Of a DNA stretch of 64,000 nucleotides, positions 29,922 through 43,266 are shown one piece after another. The first letter of the stretch is position 1. Each line of letters starts with the position of its first letter. The notes beneath the pieces were generated by a model. The model ran no database searches and was not told the DNA's origin. It was given only the letters and a program-made list of their open reading frames with translations. This DNA comes from Scenedesmus sp. PABB004. Lineage: Eukaryota. Both the position numbers and the translations under genes were made by a program. The DNA lies in NCBI GenBank assembly GCA_014905635.1, contig JABVCE010000009.1, positions 1-64,000 of the forward strand, written 5' to 3'.

Positions 29922-32900
29922 TCACTGCCCCGCCGCCGCCGCCTGGCGGCCCGCCTCCTGCTGCGCCAGCAGCTGGTCGCACATGGTCATGAGCTCGGCG
30001 TTCTCAGCCGCCGCCGCCGCGACGCGGGCCTCGGCCTGCGGGCGGGCGCAGCTCACTCGCAGGCGCGGCGCGCCGCGCCGCGCGGCGCCGCAGCGCGGGG
30101 GCAGCGCCCCCGCCCTGCCGCCCCTGCCCCCCTGCCTCACGGGCGCACCTCCTTGAGCGCCGCCGACTTGGCCGCGTACTTGTGCTTCAGCGCCGCCGCC
30201 TCGGCGCCGCGCTTCTCGCGCTCCGCCAGCAGCGCCTGCCGCTCCGCCATGAGCTGCGCCACCTTGCCAGACTCCTCGGCCGCCTGCGCGCGCGGCGGCG
30301 CGTCGGCCGCGGCCGCATCGGCCGCGCGGCGGCGCGGCGAGCGCGCTCGTGCCGTGCGCTGCGGCATCGTTGGCGCGGGGCGGCGTCGGGGCCCACCTTT
30401 TGGCGCGCGTGCTCCTTGTTGGTGTCGGCGGCGATCATCTGGGCCATGGCCTTCTCCAGCCGCGCCTGCGCCTCCACCTGGCTGCGCGCCGCCTCTGCCA
30501 GCTCCTGCGCGCACGCGCGGCGCGGCGCGGCGGGCGCGTCGCGCGGCGCCGCGGGGGCAGGCGGGGCGTGGCCGCGCTGCGCCACAACGCAGCCCACGCC
30601 GCACCCGGTCGCGCGCGGCGAGCGCGTCCTGCAGCTCCGCCGCGTGCGCCTGCTGCGCCTCCAGCGCGGTGTTGAGGTCGGCCGTGTTGCTGCGCATCGC
30701 GGTGACCTGCGCCCGGGCCGGGGCGGGGGTCGCACGAGCGCAGCGCGGCGGCGCGGCGGCGCGCGGGGCGCCGGGGGCGGCACCTGCATGTCCAGCAGGT
30801 TCACACGGTCCTGCGCCTCGTTGCGCTCGGCGCGCAGCTGCGGGGCGGCGGGGCGGCGTGAGCGCCGCGAGCGACCCGCCGGCCGCGGCCGCAGAGGCGC
30901 GGGGCCAGCGCTCGCGCGCGCTCGTCCCTCGTGCCCTGCCCTCCCCCCGCGCACCTGGTTGACGGTGTCCGCCAGGCCCGCGTGCTGCTGGCGCAGCGCG
31001 TCCGCCTCGGCGGCCGCCTGCGCCTGCAGGCCCTCAAACTCTGCCCGCATCGCCGCCACCGCCGCCGCCTGCGCCGCCTGCGCGGCCATGAGCGCCTGCA
31101 CCTCCACCTGCGACGCGGCGAGCTGCTCCTCCGCGTACTGCCGCGCTGCCCGCTCCATCTCCTCCTGGCTGTTGAGCTCGGTCTTTTCAAACTCGTACAT
31201 CTCCACCTGCGCCCAGCGACGACGCGGCGGCGGGGCAGCGTGGGCGGGCAGCACGGGGGCGGCCCGGGCCGCGCGCCAGCGCGCGCGCGCGCGCAGGGCG
31301 GCGGCGGGCGCGGGCAGGGGCGCGGGCCGCGCCGCGGCGCCGCGCGCCTGCTCGCGCAGGCGCAGGTTGTCGCCCTCGAGCTCGCGCAGGCGCTTCTGCA
31401 GCTCCGCGAGCTGCTTGGTGAGCATGACGACGTGCAGGTCGCGCAGCTCCTCGGTCGGGCTGCCGCCGCCCGCACTGCCGGGGCTGCCGCGCGCGCCCGG
31501 GATGGCCACCGGCGGCGTGCGCGCTGCATGGGCAGGCGCGGGCAGGCGGGCGCGGGGGGCCTCGGCGCGCGCGGCCGGCGCAGCAGTCGGCCGCCGCCGC
31601 CCGCCGCGCAGCCCGTCCCCGCGCCGCGGCCACGCACCCGGCGACGCGCCAAAGCCGCCCGCCGCGGCCGCGAGGTTTGCGGCCACGCGCTGCGCCTCGT
31701 CGGCGAGGCACACCGTGTCGAGCCCGGCGTCGCCCTCGGCGAGCGAGAAGGGGCTGCTGTCCACGAGCGGCGCCGCGAGCGCCGCGTCGACGGGCAGCGC
31801 CGCGAGCGCGCCGCGGAAGGGCGTGGCCATGAAGCGCGTCGCATACACCGCGCTCGGGCTCGCCGCCACCGCGTCGAGCAGCGAGGGCGTGCCGCCGTCG
31901 CCGCCCTGCGCGGCGCAGCGGGCGCGGGGGGCTGGCGGTCGGCGGCGCGTGCGTGCGCGGCGGCGGAGCGAGGCACCGCGCGCCGCGGGCGTCACCTTGT
32001 CCGCCGCGCCGGCGGCGCCGCCGGGCATGAGCAGTAGCGTGGGGCTGGCCTCGGGCAGCACGGCGAGCGCGGGGCTCAGCTCCAGGCCGCCCACGGGCGG
32101 CGAGCGCGCGCGGATGACCGACCCGACCGCCGATGACGCGGCGCTGCCGGGCGTCGCGCGGGCCTGCGCCGGGCCGCCCGCCCCGCCGCCCATCGCCAGC
32201 GTCGGCGTGCTGTAGGCGCTGCCGGGCGTCAGGGCGAGGTTGGGGCTGCCGCCGCGCGCCGGGGGCGTGGCCTGTGCGCCCGCGTCGGCGCCGGGGCTGC
32301 CGCCCGCGCTGAGCCGGCTCGGGCCGAGCGGCGGCGAGCCGGCGCTGGGCGAGGCCGAGGCGCAGCGCGAGTTGGGCGCGGAGCCGTCGCCGCTCGCGCT
32401 CCTGCGTGCGCGGCCGAGCGCGTGTGAGGTGGCGGGCGGGGCTGAGCCGCTCGCGGTGCGGCCGCGCCGGCCGGTCTCACCCCTCGGGGATGGGGCTGCA
32501 TGCGAAGGAGCCCTCAGCCACCGGCTCCAGGTCGCTCGCAAAGGCGCTGCCAGTGCCGCCCGCGGCCGCGGGCACGCGCTGCGGCCCGCCGTGTGCCAGC
32601 AGCCGCGCCGCGGCGCCGGCGGCGCCCCGCCAGGCGGGGTTGCCGGCCAGCTGCTGCATGTCCTGCGCATCCAGGCTCTCCTCCTCGCCCTCCAGTGCCA
32701 GGGGGGACCCCATGGCGTGCGAGGGGTCGGCCAGGAACAGCGGCATGCTCTCGCGCACCAGGCTCGCGGGCGAGCGCCGCGCGCGCCGGCCGGTGCTCAG
32801 CGGCGTGGCGCCGCCGGCGCCCGCGCCGCCGGTGCCCCGCGGCGTGTTCACGGGGCTGGCGCTGCCGGCAGGGCTCGCCAGGCCGGCCGCGCCGAGTCCC

Positions 32901-34175
32901 GCCGCCGTGGGGCTGCTGGGCTCCGACAGCTCCGCGCTGTCTGCAGGCAGGGGCAGCTGCGTGGCGGTGCCGGGGTCGCTGGCGGCGTCTGCGGTGCGGA
33001 GGAGGGGCGCGCGGAGCGAGCCGTGAGGCGGCCGCTGCGTGCGCGGCAGGCCCTGGGCACTTTGGCAGCGAGCCGCCCCTCGCCGCCGCTCCTCACCGGA
33101 TGCCCCACACTCGGACGCCAGCGGCGACGAGCAGCCGGCCTCCTCCATCAGCTGCAGGCTGTCGGCGCGCTCCGGCGCCACCACCGCCAGCGCGGCGGGG
33201 CTGCCCGAGCCAGCCTCCTCGCCGGCCTCCACCAGCGCAGCCGCCTCGCTGGTCTGGGAGCCGGGCGCGCCCACGGAGGCCGTCCGCTCGGCCTCGCCGG
33301 CGGCGCTGCTGTCCTGCGCCAGCTGCTCTTGCCACGCTGCCGACTCTGCGGCCGGCAGCAGCGCCGCGAGCGCCGCGGCGTCCGCCGCCACCGCCGCCTC
33401 GGCAGCCTCAGCCGCTGCTTCGGCCTCCATGGCGGGCGGCGCAGCGCACGCCTCGTCTTGCCCAGCCTGTGGCGCAGGGCTGCCCTCCAGCTGCTGCTGC
33501 GGCTCAGACGCGGGCTCTGGCGTCGTGCACGGGCTGGCTGAGCGGCTCGCGGGCGCGCTGCCCCCGACCCGGTTCGCCACAGCCGCTGGGCTGGCTGCCG
33601 CGGCAGGGCTGGCGACAGCCGCAGGGCTGGCGACGGCCGCGGGGCTGGCGACCGCGGTGGGGCTGGCCACTGCCTCGGGGCTGGCCGCCGCCTCAGGGCT
33701 GGCCACCGCCGTGGGGCTGGCCACCGCGGCAGGGCGGGCGACAGCCGCAGGGCTGGCGACAGCCACGGGGCTGGCCACTGCCTCAGGGCTGGCCACTGCC
33801 TCAGGGCTGGCCACCGCGGCAGGGCTGGCAAGCCTGGCAGCCGCCTCGGCGGGCTCCAGAGCAGCGCCGCGCGGGCTGACAGTGGCCGCCTCCTCAACCG
33901 GCGCCGGGGCCGGCAGTGCGCTGCCGGCGTCCATCTGCAGCTCCACCTCGCTGCTGCACACGGGCGCGCCCGCCTCCTCGGCCAGCGCGTCATCCGGCGC
34001 CTCGGCCGGCGGCGCGGCCGGCGCCTGCTGCTGCTCCTCCTCCTCCTCCCGCGGCTGCAGCAGCATCGCGGGCACGTCGTACATGAGGCCCGCCTGCTCC
34101 AGCTGCGCGCCTGACACGAGCGCGACCGTCGGCTCCAGCCCCGCCGCCGCGGGCGTGTCCGGCTCGCCCCGCGCC

Positions 34176-34213
<38 letters not shown>

Positions 34214-35229
34214 CGCCTGCTCCAGCAGCGCGCTGAAGCCGGGCGTGAACACCTCCTCAGGCAGCTCGCCGCGCAGCGCCGCCAGCGGCGTCGCGTCGCC
34301 GTACACCGCGCGCAGGTCGAGCGTGTCGCCCGGCAGCGCGGGCGAGCCGACGTCCTCCGAGCCGAGCGGCGTGGAGTAGCACGACGCCGCGCCCTCGCCG
34401 CTCGCGCCGCGGCTCGGCGGCGTGGCGGGGCAGCCGCCCTGCAGCGCCTCGGCCGACAGGCTCGGCGACGGGCTGCCGCGGCTGCTCGTGCCTAGGCTGG
34501 GGCTGCTGGGCACCGCGGGGCTTGCGCCGCTGCGCGCCTTCTTCTTGCCGGACAGCAGCTTGCTGAACAGCCCGCGCGTGGGCGTCGACAGCGGCCCGCC
34601 CGGGCTCGCGCCGCCGGGGCCCGGCCAGCTCGCGTGCACGCCCACGCCGCCCTCCTGCCCCGCCGCGACCCACGCCGCCGACGGGCTGTCGTCCACGCCG
34701 CCGCCCAGCGGCAGCGACGCGTCGGGCGGCAGCGCGCCGTCGCCGCCGGCCGAGCTCGCGCGCGCGAACGCCGCGGCCTTGCCGGGCTTCACCTTGCCGC
34801 CGTGGCCGGCGTTGTGGCTGCGGCTGCGCGCGCGGTCGGGCGTCTGGTCTGCTCGGCGGGCAGCGGGCGGCGGGCGGCGGTCAGCAAACAGGCGCGGCGG
34901 CTGCGGCGCGCGCCCCGCTCCGTCCCGCTCCCGTCGGCTCACCCCCGGTGTCCATGGAGGCCTGCTTGTTCAGCAGGAAGGGGAACATGCCCGCCAGCGA
35001 CGAGCGCTTCGCGCCGCCGTCGCGCGGCTCCGGGCCGCCGCCGGCCTGCGGCGGCCGGCGTGCGGGCGGGCGGGGCGGGGGGCCGCGGCTCGGTGGATCG
35101 GCGCCCGCGCCAGGCGCCCCGGGCGGACGCTGCGGGCGGCCGCAGTGGGTCCGTCGGCCGTCCGGCGCCCTGCTGCCGCGCCGCGCCCCGCTGCCGCGGC
35201 CCCAGCGCGCGAGACCGAACCTCCTCCAT
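29922..35229 (-). CDS. Large low-complexity/coiled-coil protein with TACC-like C-terminus, multi-exon
   Basis: Long Ser/Pro/Ala-rich exon (32477..34942 ORF), several coiled-coil exons, and terminal ENAELMTMCDQLL. The exon model is approximate. Confidence 0.65.
33575..33826 (-). repeat. Coding 18-bp minisatellite, 14 x S-P-x-A-(V/A)-A
   Basis: SPAAVASPEAVASPEAVA... in the ORF translation. Confidence 0.9.
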
Positions 35230-35625
35230 GCCGCCGAGCGCAGGCGGGGCGCCGCGGGCGGCAGCGCGCGAGGGGCGCGCGACGAGCGCGAGTGTTGGTG
35301 TGGCGCGCGCGGCGGGCGCCCGGAGCGGCCCAGCGCGCGCCCTGCGGTGTTGTGCGTTGCGGCTGCGCTACTGGTGTGGCGGTGGGACGGAGCTGTCGCG
35401 GCGACTTTGTGTTCGGGGCCCAGGGATGCCAGCGGTCGCAGGGGCGCGCGGGGCCGGCAAACGCACCAGCCGCCCCTCCGATCGGCAGCCCACACGCTGC
35501 CGCCGGTCTCCGCCCGGCGCCCGCGGCCCGTCGGCCCCGCACCAGCCCGCCGCGGCCCGCCATCGCTGCAGGCCTCGCCTGGCCGCCCCCTGCGCAGCAG
35601 CTGGGGCCCCGCCCCCCACAACGCC

Positions 35626-37208
35626 ATGACGGCGGCGGCTGCGGCGGGCGCCATGACGGCGGGCGTGGGCAGCGCGGGGCTGCCGCTGTACAGCGCGGCG
35701 GCGCTGCAAGACAGCCCCAGCGCCAGGGACGGCCTGGAGCCACACGTGGAGGCGCAGTGGCGCCGGCAGTACACGCACTTCATCATCGACGTCGGCCGCA
35801 GCCTCAGCGTGTGAGCGGCGGGCGGCGCGACGCGGCGGCGGCGGCGGCACGCCGCAGCTGCTGCTGCCGCCCTCCGACCGCGCCCCCGCTCGCCCGGCCG
35901 CCCGCAGGATGCAGCTGACCATCTACACCGCCGTCTTCCTGTGCCACCATTACTTCGCCAAGCGCTCCATGAAGCGCAACGACCGCTACGTGCGCGGCGG
36001 CAGCGGGCGGCGGCGCCGGGCCGCGGCAGCGGCGCCCGCCCGACGCGGCAGCGCGCTCACGCCTGCCGCCCCGTTCCCCCTCTCCCTCGCTCGCAGCTGA
36101 TTGCGACGGCGTGCCTCTACCTGGCGTGCAAGGTGCAGGAGACGCCAAAGTACCTGCGCGACGTGATCAAGCAGGCGGAGATCAAAAAGTGGCAGCGCTG
36201 GTGCGCGGCGCACCCGACGGAGCCGCGGAGATGGGAGGACATTGTGAGCCGCGGCGGCGCGCGCCCGCCGCCGCGCTCGGCGCGCCGCGGCCGCGCGGCT
36301 GGCCGGCCCGAGCCCGCGCCGCCGCCCGCGCCCGCGCCGCCGCCCACGCGCCGCGGCGCGGCCGTCCGCGCGCGCCCGCCTGCCCGCGCAGAGCCACCTC
36401 GAGGCGATGCGCGACCAGGTGCTCGTCGCGGAGCGCGCGGTGCTGTACTCCATCGCGTTCAGCCTGCGCGTCAAGGTGCCCTACCCCGACCTGCTGGCCA
36501 TGCAGGACCTCGTACCGCCCGGTCAGCGCAGCGAGGTGGTCAACATCGCGTGGAGCATCATCAACGACAGGCGCGGCGGGCGCGGTGCGCGGGCAGGCGC
36601 AGCAGCGTGTGGCGGGCCCGGCGGCCGACTGACACGCGGCGCGCCGCCGCCGCGCGCGCGCAGCCTGCAGACGCAGGTGAGCCTGGCGCACGCGCCCGAG
36701 AAGCTCGCGGCGACGGCGCTCTTCCTGGCGCACATGATGCAGGGGCTGCCGCTGCCGTCGCGCGACGGGCGCGGCTTCTGCGCGCTCGCCAACATCACGC
36801 ACGAGGAGCTGCAGGGTGCGCGGCCGCGCTGCGCCGCGCCCCCGCGGGCGGGGGGGGGGGGGGCGGCGCCGCTGCCGGCGCGGCTCAGGCTGCTGCCGCC
36901 GCTCGCGTGCCGGCGCGCACGCAGAGATCTCGGACCAGATGCTGGACGTGTACATCACGGTGCTCTGCCCCGACAGCGTGCCCGCCACGCCCGGGCACGC
37001 CGCCGACGACCCGCGCCCGCCGTCGCCCGGCGGCGGCCGCCTCGAGCTGCAGGAGAACCGCGTGCGCCTGATCCAGGCCGGCGCGCAGGAGCGCGACGGG
37101 GCGGCGGCGGCGGCGGCGAAGCCGCAGCAGGGGGAGCAGCAGCAGCAGCAGCAGCAGCAGCCGCGGCGAGAGCCCGCCGACGGAAGCGGAAGCGCGGCGG
37201 GCACGTGA
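35626..37208 (+). CDS. Cyclin T/K-family transcriptional cyclin (6 exons)
   Basis: SPSARDG, TAVFLCHHYFAKRS, IATACLYLACKVQETPKYLRDVI, ERAVLYSIAF, AWSIINDSL. Confidence 0.9.
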
Positions 37209-37501
37209 CGTCCGCCGCTCGCGTGGTGACACTGGCTTTGAGGCGCCGCGCCCGGCTGGGCTCACCATACTCTCTCGCCAGCACACGCACGCACAGCCCA
37301 GCCGCGCCGGAGCAGCCGCCGGCGCACACAGCCGCCGCCGCGCTGCTCGACCGCCGCGCTGCTCGACCGCCGCGCGCACAGCGCACGCCCAGACGTGCGG
37401 CGCGCCTCCAGCAGTAGCTGCGCGTCGTCACAAGCCCGCCACCATGGTGCGGGAGCCGCGCGCGCCCGCCCGCGGCCGGCGGCGGCGGCAGCAGCCGGCG
37501 A

Positions 37502-38251
37502 ATGCCTCCGGCGCCGCAGGCGGACAACAGTTGGATGTTCTGCCCCATCTCGGGCTACATGCTCGAGTTCGACGCCGTGCGCGGCGTCGCGCACTGCCCC
37601 CAGACGGGCTACACCAAGCGCCTCGAGGGTGCGCCCGCCGCTGCCCGCCGCTGCCCGCTGCCGCCGCGAGCGGCGCTCGCCGCGGCCAGCCGCCCACGCC
37701 GGCGCGTCCGCAGACTTGCAACACATCAAGCTCATGACGCGCACCAACATGGAGGTGCGCGCCGCCGCCGCCGCACGGCCGCTGGAGCCGGCGCAGCCGA
37801 AGCTCACGCCGCGGCGGCCGCCGCCCGCGCGCCGCAGGACTACCGGCGACAATACAAGCTGGAGCCGCTGGTCAAGGAGGAGCTGCTGCAGAAGCAGCAG
37901 ACGCGCGTGCGCGCCACGGTGAGACCGCGGCAGGGGTCGGCGGCGCGCCGCGGCCGCGCGCGACGGCTCACCTCCCCGTCCCTCCGCCCCGCGCCGCCAG
38001 GTGGACGAGACGTGCCCCGGGTGCGGCAACCGAGGCATGGAGTTTTACACGATGCAGCTGCGCTCCGCGGACGAGGGGCAGACGGTTTTCTACGAGTGCA
38101 CGAAATGCGGGTGCGCCCACGCCGCTGCTGGGGCCCCGCCGCGCCGCGCAGCTCGCGGGGGGCGTGCCCCGCCCCTGACCGCCTGCGCCGCGTCCCTGAC
38201 CGCCCGCGCCGCGCCGCGCCGCGCAGGCACAAGTACTCCACCAACACGTGA
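37502..38251 (+). CDS. RPA12: RNA polymerase I subunit RPA12 (5 exons)
   Basis: RATVDETCPGCG...[24 protein letters not shown]. Confidence 0.92.
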   Translation: MPPAPQADNSWMFCPISGYMLEFDAVRGVAHCPQTGYTKRLEGAPAAARRCPLPPRAALAAASRPRRRVRRLATHQAHDAHQHGGARRRRRTAAGAGAAEAHAAAAAARAPQDYRRQYKLEPLVKEELLQKQQTRVRATVRPRQGSAARRGRARRLTSPSLRPAPPGGRDVPRVRQPRHGVLHDAAALRGRGADGFLRVHEMRVRPRRCWGPAAPRSSRGACPAPDRLRRVPDRPRRAAPRRHKYSTNT

Positions 38252-38477
38252 CGCGGCAGCAGGCGCTGCTTGCCCTGCCGGGGCACCGCGCGGTGGCCGG
38301 CTGTACATCAGAGCAGCGAGCGAGCGAGCGAGCGGGGAGGGCCGGCAGCAGCGGCTGCTGGGCGAGCTGCTCACGCGAGGCGCTGCGAAGCGACTGCGAT
38401 TGCAAAGCCCCCCCCCCCCCCCCCCGCGTGCCGCGCCGCGTGTCGCAGCTGCGCTGGCACCGAACGAACGCGCCGCG

Positions 38478-39401
38478 TCACGCCGGCCCGGCGGCGCCCA
38501 TCCAGCCCTTTAGGTGCTCGTACAGCGCCCAGCTGAGCGCGCAGCCCGGCGCGATGTTGAGCACGCGGGGCGCGAGGCCCGCCCAGAAGCTGGCGGCGCC
38601 CTCGGCCGCGAGCTGGCGCCGCGCAACGCCGAGCGCCGTGAGCGCCGCGCCGCCCTCGGCCGCGCTGAGCACCTGCAGGCGCGTCTTGACCACGTCCAAC
38701 GGGTGCGTCGCGACCGCGGCGGCGCCCGCCGACGCCGCCGACGCGCCCGCGACCGCCCAGGCCGGCAGCGACGCGGGTTCGCCGCCGCACAGCGCGTCGG
38801 CCGCCGCGCGGCGCAGCGCCTCGTAGCCGGCCACGTACAGCGCGTTCCAGGGCAGCCACACCGCGTTGGTCGCCCAGTAGCCGCGCAGCGGCCCGCCGCC
38901 GCGCGAGGCGAGCGCCGCAAACGCGGCGCGCGCGTTGGCGGCGAGCGGCGCGCCGCCCGCGCCGCGCACGAGGCCGCCCGCCTGCAGGCGCTCCTTGGCG
39001 ATGTCGAGCGGCGTGTAGACCAGGCCCGCGAGCAGCTGCGCGGCGAGGCCGGACGCGAGGCCGCCCGCGCCCGCGCTCGTGCCCGGCGGCAGCGCCGCGC
39101 GCGCGGCCTCGTAGCCGCCAAAGTAGGCGAGGTTGGCGGGCACCACGCCCAGCAGCACCGCGCCGAGGCCGCGGTAAAACGCGGGCAACCCCTCCGCGCG
39201 CGCCATGTGCGCTGCGGCGGACAGCGTCGACGCGTACGCGCGCGGCGCGCCGGGCACCGCGCCGGCGAGCTGCATGCGCGCCTTGAGCGTGTCGGCCGGG
39301 TAGGTCACCAGCCGCGCCGCGAGGCCCGACGCCGCGCCCGCGACGGGGCCGTGCCACAGCGCCGGCGCAGCGGGCGCCTCCGGCCGCTCGGCGGCGGCCA
39401 T
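38478..39401 (-). CDS. Mitochondrial carrier family protein (single exon)
   Basis: Three PxD/ExxK motifs: YPADTLKARMQ, TPLDIAKERLQ, HPLDVVKTRLQ. Confidence 0.93.
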   Translation of the reverse strand: MAAAERPEAPAAPALWHGPVAGAASGLAARLVTYPADTLKARMQLAGAVPGAPRAYASTLSAAAHMARAEGLPAFYRGLGAVLLGVVPANLAYFGGYEAARAALPPGTSAGAGGLASGLAAQLLAGLVYTPLDIAKERLQAGGLVRGAGGAPLAANARAAFAALASRGGGPLRGYWATNAVWLPWNALYVAGYEALRRAAADALCGGEPASLPAWAVAGASAASAGAAAVATHPLDVVKTRLQVLSAAEGGAALTALGVARRQLAAEGAASFWAGLAPRVLNIAPGCALSWALYEHLKGWMGAAGPA

Positions 39402-39791
39402 CTGCTCGGCGGCGTCCTGCCCGGGGGGCAATCCCCCTCGCCGGCCTGGGCAAGAGGCCCGGGGAGGGGCTGCAACTGCTGCCCTCGCCGCGCTCGGCGG
39501 CAGCAGCGGCGGCACGCGTCGCCAAAAGTGTGCGTGCGGCTGAGTGGGCGGAGGCGAGACTAGGCGACCATGTGGAGGCGGGCAATGTCGTCGCGCACGT
39601 CCAGCTGGGTCGCAGCGCAGAACCTCGCCGCTGCGGCGCCGCGCGGCGCGCGCCGCGCTCTTCCCGGCGCGCCACCGTGCGCCCCACACTGCCTGCGCCG
39701 CTCCCCTCCACTCCTACGTAGCCCGCAGCGCATCAGGCGGCGCTCGCGCGAGCAGGCAGGCGACGCACAACGAGAGCCCATCCCGGCTTGA

Positions 39792-41535
<1,744 letters not shown>

Positions 41536-41866
41536 GCGCGCGGGGCGCGCGGCGGCGCCCGCCCCGCGGCCACGCCCCGTGCGGAGCGGCGGGCGGCGCG
41601 GACGCGGCTGCAGCGGCAGCCGCGGCGGCGCCAGCGCGGGGCGCGAGCCGTGTAACTTTGATTGCGTCCGGGGGCGCGGTGCGCTGTTACCCGCGCCGGT
41701 CAGTCCCGCCGCAGCTGGCCCGCCGGCCTGCCGCAGCTCCCCGCGCCGCGGCCCGGCCGCTGCTGCCGCGCCCCCCAGCAACGGCGCTGCGCCCACTGCC
41801 TCGCCGCGGCGGCAGGCCGCGCCGCGCCGCGTGCTCTCGTGTGTCTGACAGGCACACTGTCTGTGG

Positions 41867-42763
41867 TCAGAAGACGTGGCAGACGTTGAAGAAGAGCATC
41901 CACAGCAGGATGTACGACAGGATGGCGGTGCTGGAGAACACGTGCTCCAGCGCGACCTTGTCCCTGCGTGTGGCGCACGGCGCGTGGGCGGCATAGGCGG
42001 CACGTGCGCGCGCGGCTCGGGCGGCCGCAGCGTGCCGGCGGCGGGCTGGGCGGCGCGCGGGCGCTGCTGCCCTGCCCCCCGCCCCTGCTGGGCGCTGCCC
42101 CCCCCCCCCCCCCCCCGCGCACCAGGAGGTGAAATACTTCCGATAGTCGCCGCCGCACTTGGCCAGCAGCGGCGCCGTCGCCTGGCGGCGCGGGCGGCGC
42201 GGCGCGCGGGGTCGGGGCCCGGGCGCGCCCGCGCGGGGGCGGCTGGCCGCGTGCGCCGCCGCCGCGCGCTGCAGACGCCGCGCGCGCCAGACGCCGCGCG
42301 CTGCAGACACCGCGTGCTGCAGACGCCGCGTGCGCCGCCGCGTGCGCCGCCGCCGCGCCGCCGCCGCCGCGCGCCGCACCGCGAGCTGGCTGGCGAGGTA
42401 GACCAGGAAGCCGCCCCAGCCCTCCAGCCCCGCGATGCCCGCCGCGGCGCCCGCCACGATCGTCACGTAGATGCGCCTGCGCGGGCCGCGCGCTCGAACG
42501 CCGCGCCGGTGCTGCTGCGCCGCCCGCGCGCGGGCCCCGCGGGGCGCCAGCCGCGCGACCGCGGCGCGCGCCGCGGCCACTCACAGGTAGTACACCACGC
42601 CCAGGTTGTTCTTGAACGCCGCCGGCACCTGGACGACCGGCCCCTGGAGCGCCGCGGCCACGGCTGCGGCGCGCTGCTTCTCCGCCGCCGCGCGCCGCCG
42701 CGCGGCGTCGCCCCCGCCCACGGCGGGTGGCGGCGGCGGTGCGCCCCGGCCGCGGCCCGACAT
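41867..42763 (-). CDS. EMC6: ER membrane protein complex subunit 6 (4 exons)
   Basis: NNLGVVYYL-RIYVTIVAGAAAGIAGLEGWGGFLVY...KYFTSW...SYILLWMLFFNVCHVF. Confidence 0.88.
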
Positions 42764-43266
42764 GGGGCGGGGGCCGCGGCGGCTGCTCGCTGCCGCGGTG
42801 CGCGGCGGCGCCGCCGCTGTTGGCGCGCGCGCGCTGCTGCTGCTGCCGCTGCGGCCGAGCTCTTCCACAAAGAGCCGTCGCGGGAGAGGTCGTCAAGGGC
42901 GATCCGGGGGCGCGATCAGGAGCGCTGGCGCTGCGACTGGGGCTGAGCTGAGATGGGATGGTCTGCCGAACTCGCAGCCGCGGGGCCGCAGGGCACCAGG
43001 TGCGCTCTCGGGCGGCGAGTGGCAGCGCGTTGCGGCGCCCGCTTGCCCGCGTTCCCGCGTTGGCGTCGCGGCGTGCGGGCGGCGTGCCCGCGGTGTGACG
43101 GTCGTGCCGCGGCGCGCACGCGCTGCGCCCCGCCGCGCGCGCCCTCCCACTCGCCCCGCTCGCGTCGCCCCGCACTTTACGCGCCCCCGCCGCCCCTCGC
43201 GACGCCGCAGCAGCCGCCCGGCACACCAGCACGCCCGCGCCCGCCTCCCGGCACGACCGCGCCGCC

